NCBI GenBank assembly: GCA_045837725.1
Contig: JBEWZL010000041.1
Coordinates: 58,744 to 78,743, forward strand
Direction of reading: 5' to 3'
From: Vermamoeba vermiformis
Lineage: Eukaryota
DNA: 20,000 bases
Within the stretch, counting starts at the first letter, position 1, and every line of letters starts with the position of its first letter. Below the pieces are notes generated by a model. The model had not been told where the DNA came from. It did not search any database and saw only the letters and a program-made list of their open reading frames with translations. A program made the translations under genes and the position numbers. This document shows, one piece after another, positions 1 through 8,455 of this stretch.

Positions 1-1132
1 GTATCAAATCAAGACTGGATCTTACAACAATATTGTTCGTCATAACGTCTGCAAGAACACTACTGGTGTCTGCGTCTTGCTCTATGATGACTACGATCGT
101 GGAGTCAATCTCGTTGAAGGCAACGTTGTTTTGGGAGTTCAAAATGACAATGGCATTCAAGTGACTTCAGGCGTGATTGTTCGTAACAATGTTGTTATTG
201 GATGGAACGCAAGTAAGCAACAAAAAAAATTTGTTAGTTTAGTTGTTATTGTACTAATTCGTATTTGTTGCATCGCAGACGGTGTTGGTATTTATGTATC
301 TCTGAATCAAGTCAAAACAACGCCTCATCACGTCGTTGTTGAGCACAACACGATCTACGACACTAACGGATCCGGTCAAGATTGTTTGCGTGTTGCTTCG
401 CCGGCTAGTGCCGCAGGTTGGGTCATCTCAAACAATGCTCTTTATTGCCCTCAAGGAATTGCACTCGCTATTGAAGGAGGATCGTTAACGGGTACGCGCT
501 GAAATTCTAAATGAAATTTCCTCGAAACTAATTTTATTTTTAAGATGTTCCCGTTACAAACAACGCGTACTTGGGTAGCGTTCCTGCTCTCGATAGCTCG
601 AACTTTAAGTTGTCCGCTACTGTTGCTCAAGTCTTCGCTGACATCGTGAACAATAACGCCTATCCTGCTGTCGGATCCGCTCTTATCAAGGCTGGTGACT
701 CAACTCACTCGACTGAAACTGACTTCAATGGCTTGCCTCGTGGTAACCCTCCCACTGTGGGTGCATACGTATGTATCTCACTCTTATAAGATGATTACTA
801 AGTCTAACTCAATGCAGGAATTCTCGTCGAACACCAATCCTGGCTGGCAAGTCCAAGGAGGCTTTAAACAACTTGCCAATGGTACTGCGCCGCTCTCTGG
901 GTATACTCCTACTGGCTCGTCAAATGAACCTACTGCTTCGTCTAACAATCCTACCACTAGTGGTGCTCCTAACGGACCCAGTGCTGCTCCAAAAAGTTCT
1001 ACGAAAGTAACGGCTGGCGCTAACCAACTTCACTTCGGTACGTTGAAAAAAGTTAATACTACGTGACTGATTATAACTATTTCAGATTTTGCTTTATTAC
1101 TGGCTGTGGTCGTTGCTGTATTGTTCTATTAA
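1..1132 (+). CDS. Parallel beta-helix surface protein, copy 1 (5'-truncated by window); predicted GPI-anchored
   Basis: Exons <1-212, 279-491, 545-768, 818-1037, 1086-1132 join in frame through GT-AG introns. Product: YQIKTGSYNNIVRHNVC...DFNGLPRGNPPTVGAYEF...S/P/T-rich stalk...DFALLLAVVVAVLFY*. Repeated I/V-x-x-N beta-helix rungs. Intron positions match copies 2-4. Confidence 0.85.
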
Positions 1133-1454
1133 ATAGTAAGTTTTTGTGTTTAGATCGACATTTTGGATTTTGAATCATTACCGAACCATATTATGCACAA
1201 TGAATGTGGAGAATAGGCTACTAACATGTTATTTAACAGAATCTTAGCCTTTAGCCTTGATTTAATTAAATCGAAATCTTCGGTACGGATCAGATCTGCG
1301 TACTTACCAGTTACTGTCGCCGTTTCGACTATCGCTACAACGAACTCTTATTTATAAGGTATGTCTGTATGTGGATGCCGAAAATCTTTTGAACCACTGC
1401 AACCTTTATAAATGTCAAATCTCTCAGTAACTTCTGGCAACATGGTACAAAATG

Positions 1455-1474
1455 GGGACTGCAGTCCCGATTTG
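1455..1474 (+). promoter_or_regulatory. Candidate promoter element shared by beta-helix paralogues
   Basis: GCAGTCCCGATTTG at 1461-1474 recurs exactly at 3941-3954 before copy 3; CAGTCCCATTT at 6282-6292 precedes copy 4. In copy 2 it overlaps the perfect palindrome GGGACTGCAGTCCC (1455-1468). Function is inferred from position only. Confidence 0.4.
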
Positions 1475-1535
1475 AGCACAGAAAGGAGGGACTTTTTTGG
1501 TTAACGAAGTATTATTTACTTTTATTTCTCGCAAG

Positions 1536-3491
1536 ATGCAACAACTCGTGGCTATTGTATTCTGCGCTTTGGTGGCTTTTTCGGCTGCTGCGCCAAAAGA
1601 GATCCGCCCAACTGACACCAACCCTCCTTGGCTAACAACCCTCAGTGGCCTTCAAGCAGGCGATGTATTGACTGTTCACGAAGGCACATACACTCTCAAT
1701 GGAAAGTTCGCGGCTACTTGGACCGGAACTGAAACGAATCCAATCGTCGTTCAAGCAGCTTCAGGTGAAGGACGTCCAGTGTTCAAACAAACAACTCAAG
1801 AAAATATTTGGAACCTCAACGGTGCATACTTCACTGTCAAGGGTCTCGAGTTCACTGGTGGAAGTCGTGGTCTCCGTTTGGGCGAATCTTCGGGTAAGCA
1901 AACTAAATAAACTTTTCATAATCACTTTGCAATGATTAATCCGTCATTCGAAGTAACATAATTAACGTAATTTGATAGACACTTCGCATGTTGTGTTCGA
2001 TAGCATCTACATCCACGACATTAGTGCCAACGCTTTCAGCGCCAACGACTACAATAGAAATTACGAGAACATTACTTTGAGATACAGCGAGTTCAGCGGC
2101 ACAGGTAAATACTCCGTCATGCAATCCACGCTTTCCTGATTTATTCGTTAACCGACGAAATTTCAGCGGTAGAATTCCCATTTTAGTAATTTAAGTTTAT
2201 GATTTTACGGTGGCATGGATTAATGACACTTGAATATTAGCTGCAACTGGTGAATGCGTCTATTTGGGCTGCTCAAGCGATGGCTGCAGAACATTCAACT
2301 CGCTCGTTGAGTTCAACTACTGCCATGATACAACCACTGACGGAACTGGCTCCGCTGGATCTGGTTTCCAAATCAAGACCGGATCTCACAACAACATCGT
2401 CCGTAACAATGTCTGCAAGAACACTCCTGGTGTTTGCATCTTGCTCTATGACGACTATGATCGCGGAGTCAACCTCGTTGAAGGCAACGTTGTTTTGGGA
2501 GTTCAAAGCGACAACGGCATTCAAGTGACTGCTGGTGCTATTATTAGAAACAATCTTATCGTAGGCTGGAATTCCGGTAAGAAACAAAAATCAATACTTT
2601 TTCGCGATCCGCAGTTGTTGTTAACTCATATGTATTTTTTGTAGGTAGTGGAGGTATCTCTGTTATTAGTAACCAACCTATGAGCGGCAAAGGTCCTCGT
2701 AATGTCGTCATCGAACACAACACTATCTACGACAACAGATCCGGTCGCCAAGCCATTTATGCCAACTCTGTTGCTAGTGGTGAAGGCTGGGTCTTCTCTA
2801 ACAACGCTCTTTACTGCCCTCAAGGAAGCGCTTTAGTTATTTCCGGTGATTTGACTGGTAAGTCATGACTAAGTTAGTGTCGTAGATCTGACGTTCAAAT
2901 TAAAAGGTGTTCCCGTGACTAACAACGGTTACTTGGGCTCAATGGCCTCTACTGATAGCACGAACTTCCAATTGTCCTCCACCGTCGCTCAAGTCTTCGC
3001 TGATGCTGCGAACGACAACTTTTACCCCGCTGTCGGATCCGCTCTTATCAAGGCTGGTGACTCAACTCACTCGACCTCACTCGACTTCAATGGATTGCCT
3101 CGTGGTAACCCTCCCACTGTCGGCGCATACGTAAGTAAATCAGTCTTATATGATAATTACCAAGACTAACATAATGCAGGAATTCTCAACTGATACCAAT
3201 CCTGGTTGGTCGGTCCAAGGAGGCTTCAAACAGCTTGCTGCTGGCGCTAACCCTTCTAGCGGTAATAATGGCGGCTCACCCAACGGACCTACCTCTTCGT
3301 CGAACGGTCCTAGCTCTTCGTCAAACGGTCCTAACTCTTCTTCTCAAGGTCCCAGCGGTACTAAGACTTCCAGCGCTACTAATGTTCACTCCGGTACGTT
3401 CACTCGTTATTATGCCTTAGTACTCGTTATTAACCTCTTATTTTAAGGTGTCGCTTTGTTCGCCGTAGTCGGTGCCTATTTGTTATTTTAA
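1536..3491 (+). CDS. Parallel beta-helix (pectin lyase-like fold) surface protein, copy 2; 504 aa, signal peptide and GPI-like tail
   Basis: Exons 1536-1893, 1979-2104, 2241-2576, 2645-2857, 2907-3130, 3180-3393, 3448-3491 sum to 1515 nt with an open frame. Signal peptide MQQLVAIVFCALVAFSAA. Beta-helix cap LQAGDVLTVHEGTY and GTETNPIVV. C-terminus GVALFAVVGAYLLF*. Confidence 0.9.
3282..3356 (+). repeat. 21-bp coding tandem repeat (about 3.5 units) encoding the NGP[T/S/N]SSS stalk of copy 2
   Basis: aacggacctacctcttcgtcg / aacggtcctagctcttcgtca / aacggtcctaactcttcttct / caaggtcccagc. Confidence 0.85.
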
Positions 3492-4007
3492 ATTTACCAG
3501 GTGTATTTGATTAATAAAACTAGGTCTTGATTGCCTCGAGCAAACTTGATCTAGTTGCACAAATTTATGTTTCATGCTAGCACTAATCAGTACTACTCGT
3601 CGACATAGTATACACCGCTACGAAGAATGTAACCGAACTTGAGGTACGTACCCGTTACATTATTATTGCAAGCTTATTTCAATAATAATTCATATCAATA
3701 ATATAAGGTAAGGTTTTAATAACCGACAACCTTCTTGTCTTTTTCTTGCATAATTAAATTTTTTGATCTAATTTTTAATTTATCGGATGCACGGTTATTG
3801 ACCTGCACCACGCGAACATAATGGTCAATAAATAGTATTATAATTTGTTAGGTGGTTTCGTAATTAATATAATCTTCTAACGAGTAACTGACAGGAAGGA
3901 GAATCTTCAATGTGATTCCTAACAGTATCAGCACTGGGAGGCAGTCCCGATTTGCAGTAGAAAAACGGGTGTAATTTCCGTTCTTTTACATTTAATTTAC
4001 TCACGAA

Positions 4008-5960
4008 ATGCAACGCTTCGTGGCTATCGTACTCTGCGCTCTGGTGGCTTTTGCTGCTGCCACGCCAAAGGAGATCCATCCTACCGACACCAACCCGTCA
4101 TGGCGCTCAGTCCTTCAAAGTCTTCAAGCTGGCGACGTCGTTACGGTTCATGCAGGAACATATGTCTCATCGAGCAAGTTAAAGCTGGTGCTTGTAGGAA
4201 CAGAAACGAATCCGATCGTCATACAAGCGGCATCCGGAGAAGCTCGTCCAGTGTTCCAACAGACTTCTGGAGAAAACGTTATTGATATCGATGGCGTTTA
4301 CTTCATGATCAAGGGCCTTGAATTTACCGGCGGCAGTCGCGGAGTTCGTTTGGGCGAAGGAAGAGGTACGTGTCAGATCAACAAATCAAATTGCGCCAAT
4401 ATACGCGCTATTCAGTCAACCGCTGTTATGTTATAGATACTTGATGATCATAATACTAATTTGGTTAAAGACACTTCGCACGCCATCTTCGATAGTATCT
4501 CCATCCACGATATTGGTGCCAATGGGTTCAGCGCTAACGACCACGGTAGAAATTACGAGAACATTACTTTGAGATACAGCGAGATTAGTAAAACAGGTAT
4601 ATACATCTGTCAAGTCTCTTCGAAAGATTTTGTATTGGTTGTTTGATCCAACTGACCGGTTCTAACTTTAGCTGTGACCGGTGAATGCGTCTATATGGGC
4701 TGCCAAACTGATGGCTGCAGAACATTCAATTCTATCATTGAGTTCAACTACTGCCACGATACTACAACTGACGGTCACGGGTCAAAGGGATCAGGTTTCC
4801 AAATCAAGACCGGCTCTCACAACAACATCGTCCGAAACAACGTCTGCAAGAACACTCCTGGCGTTTGCATCTTGCTTTACGACGACTATGATCGTGGAGT
4901 CAATCTCGTCGAAGGCAACGTCGTGATTGGCGTTCAAAATGACAACGGCATTCAAGTGACTGCTGGTGTTATAATTAGGAACAATATTATCCTTGGTTGG
5001 GCTTCAGGTACGGTCACAACGTTCAAAGGACTTTTCTCGAGATTTCTCGTTCGTTCATGAATTTCGAACTGCCTTCAAAACTAATTTTATCATCTCCGGT
5101 TAGGATCCTTTGCTGGTCTTTACGCAATTAGCAACGAGCCTATGCCTGGCAAATCCCCTCGTAACATTACTGCCGAGCACAACACCATCTATAACGCTGC
5201 ATCCGGAAAGACTTGTTTGAGGATGGATAGCATTGATGCTGGTGAGAATTGGGTCGTTGCTAATAACGCCGTTTATTGCCCGAGCGGAACTGCATTTGCC
5301 GGTGATTTCAAAAGTAAGTTAGGATCCGATCGCTTTTGGATGCACCGTACTAAGTTCATCTTTAAGATGCTATTGTGAGCGAGAACGGCTACTTAGGCAC
5401 TGCTCCAACACTTGATAGCTCAAACTTCAAGTTGTCCGCTACTGTCGCTCAAGTCTTTGCTGATGCAGCCAACAACAACTTTTACCCTGCTGTCGGATCC
5501 GCTCTTATCAAGGCTGGCGATCCCACTCACTCGACCTCACTCGACTTCAACGGCTTGCCTCGTGGTAACCCTCCCACTGTCGGTGCATATGTATGTATTT
5601 TACTCTTATACGATGATTACTAAGACTAACATAATGCAGGAATTCTCGACGAACACCAACCCTGGTTGGCAAGTCCAACCCGGCATCAAAGGGCTCGCCA
5701 ATGGTGCTGCGCCACTCTCCAATACTATTACTCCTTCTGCCCCATCAGGCTCGTCTAACGGTCCTTCCTCGTCTGACAGCCCTAGCTCTTCTAATAGTCC
5801 CAACGGCTCCAACCCTCCTAGTTCCAGCCTGACTTCTGCCGCGACCACTGTTCACTTCGGTACGCGGAAATTTAATTTCTCTATTTTGAGTCCTTAAGTA
5901 CTAATTACGAGTAATTTAGGCGTTGCTACTGTCTTGTTGGCTGTATTATCATATATTTAA
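4008..5960 (+). CDS. Parallel beta-helix surface protein, copy 3; 504 aa, signal peptide and GPI-like tail
   Basis: Exons 4008-4365, 4471-4596, 4672-5007, 5104-5313, 5367-5590, 5640-5859, 5920-5960 sum to 1515 nt with an open frame. Same motifs as copy 2; ends GVATVLLAVLSYI*. Confidence 0.9.
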
Positions 5961-6334
5961 ATTTAATTAGATAGTAGTAATAAACCAGATCTCGTTCGCC
6001 TTTTAGGCAGAACAGATCCGGTTCAGAAGATTAGCCCGAGCCTGTATCCTACAGTGATTTCCTATAATTACCATCAGTTCATGGTTTGGGTAGGTCAAAC
6101 TTTGATTTGTGTCGCATAACGTCTTTTTCAGTACTGAATCATGATTATCCAGGCGACTTGACATATCGAATATATCTGTTAGGAGTATAGCGCAGGTAAA
6201 TTTTAATATAAACGCTTCTTTCTGACGCAGTTTTTCAAATTAGAATCTATGTGATTCTGTCCGGTTCCCGCGTCCTCAAATCAGTCCCATTTTATTATTT
6301 TTTTTTGGTAATTATTATTTTATTTGCCCGTAAG

Positions 6335-8209
6335 ATGCAACGACTCGTGGCTATTGTATTCTGCGCTTTGGTGGCTTTTTCGGCTGCTGCGCCAAAAGAC
6401 ATCCATCCAACTGACTCAGACTGGTTAGCAAAACTCAGTGGCCTTCAAGCAGGCGACGTATTGACCGTTCATGAAGGAACATATACTCTCAATGGAAAGT
6501 TCGCGGCTACTTGGACTGGAACTGAAACAAATCCGATCGTCGTTCAAGCAGCTTCAGGTGAAGGACGTCCAGTGTTCAATCAAACAACAGGAGAAAATAT
6601 TTGGAATCTCAACGGTGCCTATTTTGCGGTGAAGGGCATTGAATTTACAGGCGGAGGTCGTGGAGTCCGTTTGGGCGAAACTTCAGGTAATTTTGAATCA
6701 GAATCAAAAATAATCTGTATTGTTAGGAAAATAATTTTACTAAATTATCTAATTTAATTATGGCAGATACTTCGCATGTTGTGTTCGACAGCACGATATT
6801 GGTGCCAACGCTTTCAGCGCCAACGATGGCGGTAGAACCTACGAGAACATTACTTTGAGATACAGCGAGTTCAGTGGCACAAGTATGTAAAAAGCAACAA
6901 GAATTAATCGTGATTCGCCCTCGAGCGGAGTTTGGATGGAGAACTTTGACTGACTAATGAAATTTCAGAGCTTAGCGGTGAATGCGTCTATATGGGCTGT
7001 TCAGCCGATGGTTGCAGAACGTTCAATTCTATTGTCGAGTTCAACTACTGCCACGATACAACGACTGACGGATCTGGCTCAGGCGCATCTGGCTTCCAAA
7101 TCAAGACCGGATCTCACAATAACATCGTCCGCCATAACGTCTGCAAGAATATTCCTGGTGTTTGTGTGCTTCTCTACGACGACTATGATCGCGGAGTCAA
7201 TCTGATTGAAGGCAACGTTGCTTTGGGAACTCAAAGCGACAACGGCATTCAAGTGACTGCTGGTGCTATTGTTAGAAATAATCTTGTTATTGGCTGGGGC
7301 CCTAGTAAGCATTATTCAATTCTTTTTTCTTGATCCGGAAGTACATCCAACAAGTTTCTAACTTTGTTTTTATCGTTTCTAATCCCCTTAAATAGAGGCT
7401 GCTGGAATTTACATCTCTGTCAACTCGGTTACGACTAATCCTCGTAACATCGTAATGATCCACAATACGGTCTACAGTACCAACATGGCGGCCAGATGCT
7501 TAAATGTTGAAAGCAGTACGACCAACTCCGTGATCTCAAATAACGTTTTCTATTGCCCTGGTACTGCTGCGATTAACGGAGGCCCATTCAACAGTAAGTA
7601 GCGGCTCACGTCTTTCCGATGAAATTTCGAAGAAGAACTGATCCAATTTCGAAGGTGTTACCGTTACAAACAACGGTTACTTGGGATCTGTGCCTACTAT
7701 CCCCAGCTCAAACTTCTTATTATCCTCAACCATTGCTCAAGTCTTTGCTGATGCAGCCACCAACAACTTTTATCCTGCTGTTGCATCCGCTCTTATCAAG
7801 GCTGGCGATCCCACTCACTCGACTGAAACTGACTTCAACGGCTTGCCTCGTAACAACCCTCCCACTGTGGGTGCATACGTATGTATATCAATCTTATATG
7901 ATAATTACCAAGACTAACTCAATGTAGGAATTTACGATGGATACCAACCCTGGCTGGCAAGTCCAAGGAGGCTTCAAACAACTCGCCAATGGTGCTGCGC
8001 CACTCTCCGATACTATTACTCCTTCTGCTACGCCATCAGGCTCATCTAACGGTCCTTCAGCTTCTAACAGCCCTAGCGCGCGCACTTCTGGCGCTACAAC
8101 TTTCGGTTCGTTATTCTATCTTATTGTTATTTTGGTAATCTCATGCTAATGCCAATATATATTAGGTCTTGGTTCATTGGCTGTAGTTGCCCTCCTGGCA
8201 TTCTGCTAA
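6335..8209 (+). pseudogene. Parallel beta-helix surface protein, copy 4; frameshifted in exon 2 (probable recent pseudogene or sequence error)
   Basis: Exons 6335-6686, 6767-6882, 6969-7304, 7396-7593, 7655-7878, 7928-8105, 8166-8209. Exon 2 is 116 nt versus 126 nt in copies 2 and 3. Ten nt (atctacatcc in copy 2) are missing after 6792, giving TGA at 6856-6858. All other exons are open. Confidence 0.75.
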
Positions 8210-8455
8210 TTCGATCAAATAAACCTTGTCACGTGTTACTCTTTTGTTGACCGGTGGTTGCTATGTTGTTATTTTAATAATAGTAGTTATTAATAAACTG
8301 CAATTGTACGCTACCTTAACAAAGAGAGACTTGAATATCAAAAGCCCTTGTTGCGCCAAACCAAAAAAGGATCGCTAAATTTATTTCATTTATTTTTTCT
8401 CGCCAACCAAAAGCAACTAATGTTAATACATTTCTATATTAGTAACGCATAGATC

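Noticed and set aside
213-278. Apparent 22-aa hydrophobic insertion in ORF 77-502
   Set aside because: It is a stop-free 66-nt GT-AG intron at the same position as intron 3 of the other copies.
1424-8085. Minus-strand and alternate-frame ORFs over the array (for example 2273-2587, 2250-2528, 4681-4926, 7079-7312)
   Set aside because: They recur only because the underlying exons are paralogous; no independent gene structure.
1-8209. Possible CRISPR array, transposon or diversity-generating retroelement behind the repeats
   Set aside because: The repeats are whole spliced genes. I found no repeat-spacer pattern, terminal repeats, transposase or reverse transcriptase, and the variation is not adenine-specific.
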